Positions 9,949 through 18,210 of a stretch of 49,488 bases of DNA are shown piece by piece. Every line of letters starts with the position of its first letter. Within the stretch, counting starts at the first letter, position 1. The position numbers were made by a program, and so were the translations under genes. Source of the DNA: Cyanophyceae cyanobacterium (GTDB lineage Bacteria > Cyanobacteriota > Cyanobacteriia > Cyanobacteriales > JBHJGN01); contig JBHJGN010000094.1 of NCBI GenBank assembly GCA_050331735.1, positions 1 through 49,488 on the forward strand. Reading direction: 5' to 3'. Below the pieces are notes generated by a model. That model was not told the DNA's origin. It saw only the letters and a program-made list of their open reading frames with translations, and did not search any database.

Positions 9949-10037
9949 GCTTAACGTTCAGTAATGCAGCGGACGATAGGGAGATCTATCGTGCTGAGTT
10001 CTAGGCTACTTGTTGCCGCTGATTGCAGCCGTAACAT
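9949..10037 (+). other. Integron attC-like site
   Basis: GCTTAAC matches RYYYAAC. AATGCAGCGG pairs with CCGCTGATT leaving one unpaired G. A degenerate R' (GTAACAT) follows. Total 89 bp. Confidence 0.55.
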
Positions 10038-10052
10038 TTAACGGGAACCACT

Positions 10053-10448
10053 TTAAGGAATGAACAACCGACTCACACCCCTGTAATCATCAATGTCAAG
10101 CACAATCTCAACCAAACGAGTTGCACACCGCTCTCGATACCCAGGATCACTCAACAAACGGTCGGCATTACCAATAGTAATCACGGGCAAGGAAGCAGAA
10201 ATGATTTCCTCGCGCATCACCTGCTCTAGCGAGTTCTCACCCTTCATACTCCGATTGGCTGTTAGCAAAATCATCTGATTTGATTGAGCTATTCGCCAAA
10301 CTTCCCGGTCGTCACTGCTGACTGGCAATCCCATCTCGTCAAACGTGATAAAGCGGATGGAAACCCAATCTAGCCAACCGCCACTTAGAATAGTGCCTGA
10401 GAGAAGCACGGCATGTCCTCTCAGGTTGTGGTCAACCAAAAAGTTCAC
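10053..10448 (-). CDS. DUF5615 / PIN-like toxin (VapC45-type)
   Basis: MNFLVDHNL, SDDREVW and ILLTANR motifs; GTGA overlap with the DUF433 gene. Confidence 0.8.
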   Translation of the reverse strand: MNFLVDHNLRGHAVLLSGTILSGGWLDWVSIRFITFDEMGLPVSSDDREVWRIAQSNQMILLTANRSMKGENSLEQVMREEIISASLPVITIGNADRLLSDPGYRERCATRLVEIVLDIDDYRGVSRLFIP

Positions 10449-10819
10449 GACCGAGATTCAAACTTGGCTTTTGCAGCTTGAAGTTTGGCTCGAACAGCTT
10501 CTTGACCAGGTTTGGGTGGTTGAGCCGCCAGTCGGGTAATGAGAGCGCGGTTTCTTTCTTCGTAGTACTGCTGAAGCTCTTCAGCTTCCTTGAGAACCGT
10601 GTGATACTCTGCTTCAACGGTGGCACGATTTGCCTTAATGTAAGCTAAAGCAGCGTTAATTTGTTCCTCTGTCAGTTCAAATAATCCCTGGATAAACTTA
10701 GGCGGATATTGTGCCGTCACGTAGTCCATGACATCGTAGAGGGTGATGCGCGTTCCTGCAATCGTGAGTCCCCGCTCTGTACGGATGATAGCGGCTTGTT
10801 CATTTGATGCTAATGTCAT
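10445..10819 (-). CDS. DUF433 family antitoxin
   Basis: IAGTRITLYDVM...LTEEQINAALAYI pattern; likely start ATG 10819. Confidence 0.85.
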   Translation of the reverse strand: MTLASNEQAAIIRTERGLTIAGTRITLYDVMDYVTAQYPPKFIQGLFELTEEQINAALAYIKANRATVEAEYHTVLKEAEELQQYYEERNRALITRLAAQPPKPGQEAVRAKLQAAKAKFESRS

Positions 10820-10957
10820 CCCCTTAGCTCCTGGCAATCCAACTCCATAATATCTTCAAACAATAGTAAGTAATAGCAATCAAGCAGGACTGATTCCGGT
10901 TGAATCTTCCATTGCTGAAGGAGACGAGCTACACTGACTCGCCCCCGGCTAAGCTAT

Positions 10958-11548
10958 CTATTTCTTAGTTCTTCGCCCCCGGCTGGCAGATTCCGGCAAC
11001 GAAAGCTTCACCTCGTTACTTACAAGCTTCATATTGCGAGTCGTTTCCGCATCAAAGAGCGGTAAATTGTCCCGCAACAGAGCCGCCGCCTCCAACAAAT
11101 CCTGCTCTACCTCAGACTGCGGTGCTCGATGAGTCCAGCGCACCGCCCAGTAGTCCCCGTAAGCCCCCGCTCGCTTGACAAACTCCGCCTTAAACACCGA
11201 CTGGTTTAGGTCTTGCCCCTCAATAACGAACTCCGTTTCCAGCCGACCGAGATTATCGGCACTCTGGGTCTTCAGGTGCGTCACCATCAGCAGGTTCTGA
11301 GGCAGTTGCCCGCTTACCGGGATAAACCATACCTGAAGCCAACTGGCATCTTTAGTTTGTCCTAGGTCTCCCTGAAGGGCAATGGTCTTGACGATGACCA
11401 GCTCCGCTTCTCGTCCCTTGAGTACCCCATCTTCTGCTGCCCCAATGGTAAACTGACCAACCATTGCTGCACAGTTACAGCGAACCCGGTAGGGCGTAGT
11501 GGGAATGATTACTTTAGCTTGCTTATGCTCGAATACGGTAATGCTCAT
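10958..11548 (-). CDS. Hypothetical beta-rich protein, candidate ssDNA-binding or annealing protein
   Basis: Solid 196-aa ORF directly downstream of Gp157. Function inferred from position only. Confidence 0.5.
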   Translation of the reverse strand: MSITVFEHKQAKVIIPTTPYRVRCNCAAMVGQFTIGAAEDGVLKGREAELVIVKTIALQGDLGQTKDASWLQVWFIPVSGQLPQNLLMVTHLKTQSADNLGRLETEFVIEGQDLNQSVFKAEFVKRAGAYGDYWAVRWTHRAPQSEVEQDLLEAAALLRDNLPLFDAETTRNMKLVSNEVKLSLPESASRGRRTKK

Positions 11549-11599
11549 CTTATCTCTTTCCTTGACAGCTTGTTTGCACTCTCGGCGAGAGCCAGTTGA

Positions 11600-12118
11600 T
11601 TAACTAATGCGAATGTGTCTCCCTCTTTCTGCCAGTGACGCTCCGCTGACTGATTCGCCTCGCTGGAGGGCATCTCGAATGGCGCTGGTATCGGCTTTAA
11701 CGGTGACAATTTGATATTTGAGGGGTAAATCTTCTGGCATAACGGACAAGTTGACCGGAGGATGACCGCCAGTAGCGCAGAGAGAGACCTTAAAGCGACG
11801 GGTATCCACCGTTTTGAGGCTCTGTTTCTCGAAGAAATACTGAAGGTTGTTCTTGAGACACTGCCTCAGCCGCTCATCTACCTTGACTCGACCCAACAGC
11901 CGTTGACCTTCCGCTTTTCTCGCCCCGATCCTGGCATCCAGCTCTTTAATCAGAGCGCAGTAGCTGTCGAGTTTATCATCTCTGGCACGTTCGGCAGCTT
12001 CGAGCTGGAGAAACCACTCTTGAATCGCCTGTTCTTGGTCTTCGGGATGCTCAATAAAGCTTTCCAACCCCTCCATTAGCGCGGTTAAGTCCTGGGAAAT
12101 CTCGAATAAAGTGCTCAT
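11600..12118 (-). CDS. Siphovirus Gp157 family (Mu Gam-like) protein
   Basis: TLFEIS..L, KLDSYCALIKEL, coiled coil, KADTSAIRDALQRGESVSGA.L....HIRI; ATG 12118 with AGGAG RBS. Confidence 0.8.
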   Translation of the reverse strand: MSTLFEISQDLTALMEGLESFIEHPEDQEQAIQEWFLQLEAAERARDDKLDSYCALIKELDARIGARKAEGQRLLGRVKVDERLRQCLKNNLQYFFEKQSLKTVDTRRFKVSLCATGGHPPVNLSVMPEDLPLKYQIVTVKADTSAIRDALQRGESVSGASLAERGRHIRIS

Positions 12119-12204
12119 GTTTACTCCTAAACGTGAATGAAAGACAAAGAGCAAGGCATTAACTCCTTACTCTTTGGTTTGGGTAAGCTATCAGCGCTCG
12201 CGCA

Positions 12205-12459
12205 CTACCAAGGCACAACTCCAATAGCCTCTAGGTCTGAATCTGCCGGAGAAACGTCCTTAAGGGCATAAAGCTCTGCCAGCAGTTTCTCAATCACCGG
12301 GATGTGAGCAGGCTTCAGGCACAGAGTGAACCCTCTGCCGTCTTGTCCGGGCAAGCACCCAGCCGAGTACAGTAGAACCTTCTGCTGTTCGGCAACGGTT
12401 GTCACCATCGGCACGTCTGTCTCCGTCAGCTCAAAGTTGATATCGCTCCAGCTATGCAT
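12205..12459 (-). CDS. Hypothetical protein
   Basis: GGAGG RBS; co-directional within the operon. Confidence 0.6.
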   Translation of the reverse strand: MHSWSDINFELTETDVPMVTTVAEQQKVLLYSAGCLPGQDGRGFTLCLKPAHIPVIEKLLAELYALKDVSPADSDLEAIGVVPW

Positions 12460-12586
12460 GGTTTCCTCCTGTATGGGTAAGATGAGTATCTGCCCAGGAA
12501 TCTTGTTGGTAGGCTTGTCTCTCTAGCCATTCTTTATAGGCTTGCTCAAGTGCTTGCTGTTCAGACTGTTTCGTTTTCTTGGTCAT
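12452..12586 (-). CDS. Small hypothetical protein (44 aa), not in the ORF track
   Basis: MTKKTKQSEQQALEQAYKEWLERQAYQQDSWADTHLTHTGGNHA*. It overlaps the next start codon and fills the gap in the operon. Confidence 0.45.
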   Translation of the reverse strand: MTKKTKQSEQQALEQAYKEWLERQAYQQDSWADTHLTHTGGNHA

Positions 12587-12663
12587 TGGTTGATGTTCAA
12601 TCGCAACAATGGGTGAAGTCACTGACTCCACCCCAAGCGAACTGCCCGTTGCTGACCTTGGCG

Positions 12664-14121
12664 TTACTCGTACACTAAGAACAAATCCTGCTTGCTCCGC
12701 GTCAGAGCGACATACTTAGCGTTCATCTCTTGCTCTACTTCCCACGGCTTCTTCGCATTGGGATGAGGCATCTTATCGGGGTGCAGCAGGAACACCCGCT
12801 CAGCCTCTAATCCTTTGGCGCGATGGACCGTCGAGAGCCAAACGCTCGCGCGTTCCTGACTGAATAGGTCAGCAATGGCTTGATTCATCTCGGCGCTACT
12901 GGTGGGGCGGCAGAACTGATAAATCGCTCTGAGAGTCGCCACTTTATCTTCAATAGCGGCAACGGCTAGCTCTGAATCGTTTTGCTGCTGTTTGAGGGAC
13001 ACTTGTTCGTGACGGTATTGATCTAGGTAGTCTAGAAAGTGACTGAAGCTATAGCCCGGATAGTTCTGGAGCTGCTTGAGAACGGACTTGAGGCTTTTAC
13101 TAACGTCCCGCCCGCGCACTCTAGCAGGTATGCCAGAGCGAATCAGCTTTAGGCAAACCTCCACCAGCGGGGCATTCTCTCGACACAAAATCAGGTCGCC
13201 TTCGCGCACCAGCGTTGGTAAATCGTCTTCGTGCAGTTCCTCAACGGTTCCGGCACCAGCTCCTGGGGCCGATTCGATGCCGGGGTAGATTTCAGCAGCG
13301 AGTTCAACGTGCTTGATCGGGCAGCGGTAGCAGATACTCAAGGGCAGAATCTGAGCGGTAGTGCGGTCGATGATGGTTTGGATTGAGCGGGAATCAGCTC
13401 CGGCAAATCCGTAAAGAGCTTGGCGCTTATCGCCGACAAACAGCATCCGTCCGCCGTTGCTTCGGCACTTGAGCACTAGCTCTAGCTGCGCTCGATTAAG
13501 GTCTTGAGCTTCATCTACAAACAGCCAGTCTACCTTGCGAGGCTGGAGCTTAAGAACATGGGGCAGCCAGACCATATCGTTGAAGTCAATGGCGGTTGAG
13601 GCAAGAGCGATACCTTCTTTGAGGATGGGAGCAATGGCTCTGGCGGTGAACTGCCAGTCCGCTGTATCGAGGTCAAAGTGATGAGCTAGCGATAAGAGAG
13701 CCGCTTCGTCTTTAGCATCGGTCAGCGTTAGTTGGGTCAGACCGAGAAGTGACTGAATGCGCTCCCGGACTGACTCATAATCGGAACTATTAATGCCCTT
13801 GTCTTTGAGATAGTTCTGAATCAGATGGGAATACTTGTACTGGTCTACGCGCAGCTTGCCCAAGGGACGCAGCGCCGACATGCCCAAGGCGTGAATGGTT
13901 TTGGCAGGCATGGTTCCTAGGCGACGGTCGAGTTCCTGAGCGATGTGGCGGTTAAAGGCAAGGAACAGGGCACGAGAGGAACGGAGGTGCTTGGAGCCTT
14001 CGATACAGGTGGTGGTTTTACCGCTGCCGGGAACGGCATCAACGACGGCATCTCCGCGACCGTTGGCAATGAAGTCGAAGATATTGGATTGGTAGCGACT
14101 GGGGGTGAAGCGATTCATCAT
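12664..14121 (-). CDS. UvrD/Rep-like superfamily 1 helicase (short, phage/plasmid type)
   Basis: AVPGSGKTT, LAFN, VDEAQD, VGDKRQALYGFAGA, YRCP, STVHRAKGLE, YVALTR. Confidence 0.9.
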   Translation of the reverse strand: MMNRFTPSRYQSNIFDFIANGRGDAVVDAVPGSGKTTTCIEGSKHLRSSRALFLAFNRHIAQELDRRLGTMPAKTIHALGMSALRPLGKLRVDQYKYSHLIQNYLKDKGINSSDYESVRERIQSLLGLTQLTLTDAKDEAALLSLAHHFDLDTADWQFTARAIAPILKEGIALASTAIDFNDMVWLPHVLKLQPRKVDWLFVDEAQDLNRAQLELVLKCRSNGGRMLFVGDKRQALYGFAGADSRSIQTIIDRTTAQILPLSICYRCPIKHVELAAEIYPGIESAPGAGAGTVEELHEDDLPTLVREGDLILCRENAPLVEVCLKLIRSGIPARVRGRDVSKSLKSVLKQLQNYPGYSFSHFLDYLDQYRHEQVSLKQQQNDSELAVAAIEDKVATLRAIYQFCRPTSSAEMNQAIADLFSQERASVWLSTVHRAKGLEAERVFLLHPDKMPHPNAKKPWEVEQEMNAKYVALTRSKQDLFLVYE

Positions 14122-14151
14122 TCTTTCCTGAAGTGAATAGTGGCAAACATG

Positions 14152-14184
14152 AAAAAAGCCAGAGCAGAAGCACTCTGCCCTGGC
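14152..14184 (-). terminator. Intrinsic terminator-like hairpin inside the leftward operon
   Basis: GCCAGAGCAGA/TCTGCCCTGGC stem with A6 (U6 on the minus strand). Confidence 0.55.
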
Positions 14185-14214
14185 GTTGGGGAATGAGTTG
14201 AGTAACGGGGTGAG

Positions 14215-14955
14215 TTAGGAGTGACCGTTAGCGGTGACGTTTGGCTCCTCGGCTGGCGGCAGGTCGGCTAGCTGCTCGGCATTCTCGGCAAGCCAAGTGG
14301 CGGCTTCCTGCTGCTTACGCTTGCGTACCTGCGCTGCTCGACTTTGAGGAGTACTTTCAGAGCGAGCCATGAGGGTTTCCGCGTGCTTGAGGGACACTCG
14401 CTGCTCGTGTTCGGCGCGACGGGCATTTAGCTTCTCTAGATTGGCGCGGTTGATCTCTGCCAGAGCAAGGCGTACCTGTATTAGGGGTGGTGCATCGCTG
14501 TCTTCGTTAACGAGGACATCGGCAAACATCTCTAGAGCGACTTTGAGTAAATGCCGGGTTCGTCCCTGCACCTGCTTGAGGGCAGACTCTTTGGACAAGT
14601 GGTTAAAGTCCGCTAGCCAGAACTCTGACTCAAACTGCTCGTAGAACTCCTGACGCTTCTTCGACCAGAAATCCTGGTTGATGCGGTCCATATCGTATTC
14701 GGTGGGAGTGTAGTAGCCAGCAGCATTACGAGTGCCGGGAGCGATGACGTATTGCTCCAGTTCGCCGTGTTGATAGGCATCGCGCCAGATCTCGCTCTTG
14801 TCTAGAGACTTCCACCACAGCGATCGCAGTCCGTAGTAGAGAGGCTTGTAGTTGTTCATGGCTCCGCGCACTTCTCGTTCGGCTTCGCGGGCCGCTTTAG
14901 CGGCTTTAGAGGCTTGGGGATTGAAGACAGAGTTAATGTGTTTGAAGTTAGTCAT
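14215..14955 (-). CDS. Hypothetical helical protein, first gene of the leftward module
   Basis: 246-aa ORF; no family recognised. Confidence 0.65.
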   Translation of the reverse strand: MTNFKHINSVFNPQASKAAKAAREAEREVRGAMNNYKPLYYGLRSLWWKSLDKSEIWRDAYQHGELEQYVIAPGTRNAAGYYTPTEYDMDRINQDFWSKKRQEFYEQFESEFWLADFNHLSKESALKQVQGRTRHLLKVALEMFADVLVNEDSDAPPLIQVRLALAEINRANLEKLNARRAEHEQRVSLKHAETLMARSESTPQSRAAQVRKRKQQEAATWLAENAEQLADLPPAEEPNVTANGHS

Positions 14956-15102
14956 GGTAGAATTTCCTTAAGTTTTATGAGTTGATGGACCTGTAGCGAG
15001 GTCCATTTTTCGTCGTAATTTCGCCCTGGGAATTGTTTTGATTTCCCTTTTTGTTTCTTTGCTTTCTGTTTGTTTTCTTTTCCTCCTTTTGTTCTTGGCA
15101 AC

Positions 15103-15128
15103 AAAAAAAGGACAGCCGCTGCTGTCCT
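15103..15128 (-). terminator. Intrinsic terminator-like hairpin upstream of the leftward module
   Basis: AGGACAGC-N4-GCTGTCCT perfect stem plus a U-run on the minus strand. Confidence 0.6.
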
Positions 15129-15716
15129 AGGGAGGTTTGAATCTATTGAGTTTTCGGACAAGTTAATTAAGCAAAGCTAAGCCAGAAGGACTCATTTCCA
15201 CCACAATTCTGATGAGCTAGAGGATTTTCTGCTCTCTGTAGGGGGTAGGGGGGTGGGTTGGTCTAGAATTAAACCTTTATGAGCCGTGGCAAGTTTCCCA
15301 AAAATAGGTCGCCCACTTCTTGCCTAACTAATGTTCCCATGTTTTAGAGAAAGATATTGAGGTCAAATCCGCTCCTTGTCAAGCTTGTGGCTGCTAAAAA
15401 TGCAGGGGTCGGTAGGATAAAAAGTGCTTTATGTAAGATTTTGAGCTTGGAAATATCTACGTTTTGATGGGCTTCTACATCCACTTGAGAATTGAAGTCG
15501 AGATGCTTATCCTTCTCTATTCTGAATAAGTACGTGGTAATATTCTACTGCTCCACTCGATTTCCATAATTTAAACAGTTTCTAAGTGACGTAGATGTAA
15601 ACTAAAAGCTCGCTAGCGTGAGAAAAACAGAGTCAGCTAGCATCAGAAGTAAATGAAGTCGCCATTGCAAAAAGAGGAAGGCTAAAATAGTTTACAGTCC
15701 TCTTACATGAGCGAAT

Positions 15717-15923
15717 ATGTCCTCTAGAATCCATAAATTCATCGATAAACACCAGGCGGCAGAGATTACGGGGCTATCACCTCATACTCTCAAAAAGTAC
15801 AGACAGCAGGGAATCCTCAAAGAAGGCGAAGACTGGGTGAGATTTAATTCTCGCACCGTTCGCTACAATCAGGCTTCCTTGTTACGCTGGCTTGAAGACC
15901 TTTGTTTAGACACCCGCTTCTGA
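15717..15923 (+). CDS. AlpA/excisionase-like helix-turn-helix protein
   Basis: FIDKHQAAEITGLSPHTLKKYR...VRYN...LLRWL pattern; located near the tRNA att end. Confidence 0.75.
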   Translation: MSSRIHKFIDKHQAAEITGLSPHTLKKYRQQGILKEGEDWVRFNSRTVRYNQASLLRWLEDLCLDTRF

Positions 15924-16098
15924 GAAGAATCTGGGCAGACAAACAGGCACAAATCAAACAAATCAGGACTAACAATATCGATCAGGACTAGGAACAACAT
16001 ATTCGTACTCTAACCGCCAGAACTATCGCCGCCAACAGGTTCTGGCGGTTTTCTTTTGACAAGCTCTATAAATGCAGCGAGAAGAATATGAGAAGAAT
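15921..16098. repeat. Short direct repeats between the xis-like gene and the tRNA (candidate integrase arm / Xis sites)
   Basis: GAGAAGAAT at 15922, 16079 and 16090; ATCAGGACTA at 15962 and 15981. Confidence 0.55.
16012..16057 (+). terminator. Intrinsic terminator
   Basis: 12-bp stem AACCGCCAGAAC/GTTCTGGCGGTT followed by TTCTTTT. Confidence 0.7.
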
Positions 16099-16147
16099 GA
16101 AATTGCTTGAATCGCGCAAGTCCCTTTCTATTAAGGCGAAGAGAGTA

Positions 16148-16220
16148 TGGAGAATAGGAGATTCGAACTCCTGACCTCTGCGGTGCGATCGCAGCGCTCT
16201 ACCAACTGAGCTAATTCCCC
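16148..16220 (-). tRNA. tRNA-Ala(CGC)
   Basis: GGGGAATTAGCTCAGTTGGTAGAGCG-CTGCG-ATCGCAC-CGCAG-AGGTCAGGAGTTCGAATCTCCTATTCTCCA. 73-nt cloverleaf with G3:U70; CCA tail not encoded. Confidence 0.97.
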
Positions 16221-16356
16221 AAGCCAATAACGCTTTAGTGCTTTCCTATTCTAACACTCCCCTTCAAACTGCTTTGGCAACTCAAGGCGGCTCTATTCAA
16301 ATATACAAAGTGAGAGCTATGGTAGAGATGATGAATTACAGAACTTTTAGCTGAGT

Positions 16357-16557
16357 ATGGTCAGTAAACCTCAGTCCCAAGACATAAAAACAACAGCGGA
16401 TGCTCAATCTTTGTTTAAGCCATCATCACCGTTAGAGCCGTTGTCTGAAAATAGTGTAGAGGACGATCTTGGCTACGATGAGCCAAGCTGTAGTTGGAAC
16501 CCAGGAGAGTCAGACGATGACTGCGGTGAAGGAGTCGTTTGTCCTCCTTGCGGATAA
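16357..16557 (+). CDS. Small acidic hypothetical protein with a Cys-rich C-terminus
   Basis: 66-aa ORF ending CSWNPGESDDDCGEGVVCPPCG, followed by a hairpin. Confidence 0.45.
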   Translation: MVSKPQSQDIKTTADAQSLFKPSSPLEPLSENSVEDDLGYDEPSCSWNPGESDDDCGEGVVCPPCG

Positions 16558-16663
16558 AATTCGAGCTGGCTTAATCAGCTAGCTCCCTTAAGAACAGGAA
16601 AAGAGCTAAGTAAATTGAAGAGCCACCCTTTCCCCCACTAGTTGGGCGTACCTTTTCTCCAAA

Positions 16664-17152
16664 TTGTCGGTCATGGTGCATTATAGTGCGATCGCTCTTG
16701 GCAGTAATCTTGGCAATTCTCGCGCCACGGTAGCACAAGCGGTGCAAGCCCTATCTCAAACTCCGGGAGTTGAGGTACAACAGTGTTCAAGCTGGTATCG
16801 GACTGCACCAGTCGGTCCGCCCCAGCCAGATTATATTAATGGTTGCGCTGTGCTGGCGGTGGAATTGAACCCGCAGCAACTCTTAGAAGCTTTACTTATG
16901 GTTGAGCAAAAGCTTGGTCGAGAACGCCGAGTAAGATGGGGGGCAAGAACGCTCGATCTGGACCTGCTTTTGTTTGAAGATTTGATCCTAGAAACGCCCA
17001 GTCTCCAAATTCCCCACCCGCGAATGCGAGAAAGAGGGTTTGTCTTAGTACCGCTGGCAGAAATTGCCCCTGATTGGGTCGATCCCGTGACAGGAATGGC
17101 GATCGCTCAGCTCGTTCAGGCGGTAGACTGTTCTGGAATCACTCAACTGTAG
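16664..17152 (+). CDS. folK: 2-amino-4-hydroxy-6-hydroxymethyldihydropteridine diphosphokinase
   Basis: IALGSNLG, QPDYIN, RWGARTLDLDLL, PHPRMRERGFVLVPL. Confidence 0.95.
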   Translation: MSVMVHYSAIALGSNLGNSRATVAQAVQALSQTPGVEVQQCSSWYRTAPVGPPQPDYINGCAVLAVELNPQQLLEALLMVEQKLGRERRVRWGARTLDLDLLLFEDLILETPSLQIPHPRMRERGFVLVPLAEIAPDWVDPVTGMAIAQLVQAVDCSGITQL

Positions 17153-17156
17153 GGTT

Positions 17157-17702
17157 ATGTCACCAGGTCAAGAACCGCCAGAAATTCTTCAGCAAAAACT
17201 TTTCTACCAAGGACGCAAGTTCAATTTTGAAGTTAATGCCCTCCGTCTTCCCAACGGCGCTACCGGAAATTGGGAGTGCGTCCGTCATCCCGGCGGCGCG
17301 CTAGCGGTTCCGGTTACGTCTGACGGAAATTTGGTACTGTTACGGCAGTATCGCTTCACGGTGCAGGGAAGATTGCTGGAGTTTCCGGCAGGAACCATCG
17401 AGCCTAGCGAAAGTCCAGCCGAAACGATTCGACGAGAGATTGAAGAAGAAACGGGATATCGCGCCCACCACTGGCGGGATTTAGGGAAATTTGCCCTGGC
17501 TCCCGGATATTCTGACGAGTATATTTATGCCTTTTTAGCCCAAGATTTAGAAAAGCTGGCAGTCGCCCCGCAACAGGATGAGGATGAAGATATCGAAACC
17601 GTTATTCTCTCTCCGCAGGAGTTAGAGCAGGCAATCCAATCAGGAGAAGCCGTGGATGCCAAATCGATATGCAGCTTCTTTCTCGCCCGTCCGTTTCTTT
17701 AA
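17157..17702 (+). CDS. NUDIX hydrolase (ADP-ribose pyrophosphatase-like)
   Basis: Nudix box PAGTIEPSESPAETIRREIEEETGY. Confidence 0.9.
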   Translation: MSPGQEPPEILQQKLFYQGRKFNFEVNALRLPNGATGNWECVRHPGGALAVPVTSDGNLVLLRQYRFTVQGRLLEFPAGTIEPSESPAETIRREIEEETGYRAHHWRDLGKFALAPGYSDEYIYAFLAQDLEKLAVAPQQDEDEDIETVILSPQELEQAIQSGEAVDAKSICSFFLARPFL

Positions 17703-17714
17703 CAGCGGATGCAC

Positions 17715-17755
17715 AAAAAAAAGCCGCTGAGGAGTGCTAGCACCACTCAGCGGCT
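17715..17755 (-). terminator. Terminator between the convergent NUDIX and thioredoxin genes
   Basis: AGCCGCTGAG/CTCAGCGGCT stem next to A8. Confidence 0.7.
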
Positions 17756-17780
17756 CAATAAACCTCAGCTCAGTCGCTTG

Positions 17781-18122
17781 TTAAGCTGACTGAGCTGAAA
17801 GACTAGCGAGGACAGAGTCCAGAGCGCGATGCAGATACTCTCTGCCCTGAAAGCCCTCCAGACGATAAATCACTTCTCCCTGTTCAAAAAGAATCAGAGT
17901 CGGTAAAATTTGCAGCCGGTAAGAATTTGACAGTCTAAAATTATTGTCAGCATTCACCCCAAAAACCTGAAGATGCCCTTCCCAGGTTGCCTGAACCTTG
18001 AGGAGTGAGGGCTCGATTGCTTTGCAAAGTCCACACCAAGGAGCCCAGAAATGGACAAGGACTGGCTGTGAAGATTGTAAAACTTTCTTAGAAAAGTTTT
18101 GCTCGTTAACTGATAACAACAT
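17781..18122 (-). CDS. trxC: Atypical cyanobacterial thioredoxin (TrxC type)
   Basis: WCGLC active site; adjacent to NnrU/Z-ISO as usual in cyanobacteria. Confidence 0.75.
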   Translation of the reverse strand: MLLSVNEQNFSKKVLQSSQPVLVHFWAPWCGLCKAIEPSLLKVQATWEGHLQVFGVNADNNFRLSNSYRLQILPTLILFEQGEVIYRLEGFQGREYLHRALDSVLASLSAQSA

Positions 18123-18210
18123 GATCCCAGACTGTTAAAGCTGATTTTAATAGGATTTCTCACTATCCTACATTGATTTAGGATCGTTTGTCACAGCGGA
18201 TTTGCCAGAA

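Larger units (their letters stand above)
1..16147. mobile_element. Genomic island / integrative element (right part) inserted at the tRNA-Ala 3' end
   Basis: Defence, TA and phage/plasmid-like genes. An excisionase-like HTH gene lies near the tRNA 3' end. Only about 3 HIP1 sites found by eye here versus about 30 in the remaining 33 kb. Core genes resume after the tRNA. The integrase and left att site are not in the window. Confidence 0.8.

Noticed and set aside
10860..10930. Second attC on the other side of the TA pair
   Set aside because: Only a faint resemblance (GCAGGAC...GCTGAA); no R boxes or convincing pairing.
14952..15161. 69-aa Lys-rich ORF
   Set aside because: Arises from a low-complexity T-tract and spans a terminator hairpin; TTG start.
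15188..15235. Hammerhead ribozyme (CTGATGAG core)
   Set aside because: No correctly placed GAAA or supporting stems.
15596..15696. 9-bp inverted repeat TGTAAACTA/TAGTTTACA upstream of the xis-like gene
   Set aside because: Short, AT-rich and widely spaced; could be chance.
8657..15923. Intact prophage
   Set aside because: No terminase, capsid, tail or lysis genes in the window; only DNA-processing and regulatory genes.
16185..16192. HIP1 site within the tRNA anticodon arm as a special feature
   Set aside because: Follows directly from the Ala(CGC) anticodon arm sequence; no evidence of an extra function.
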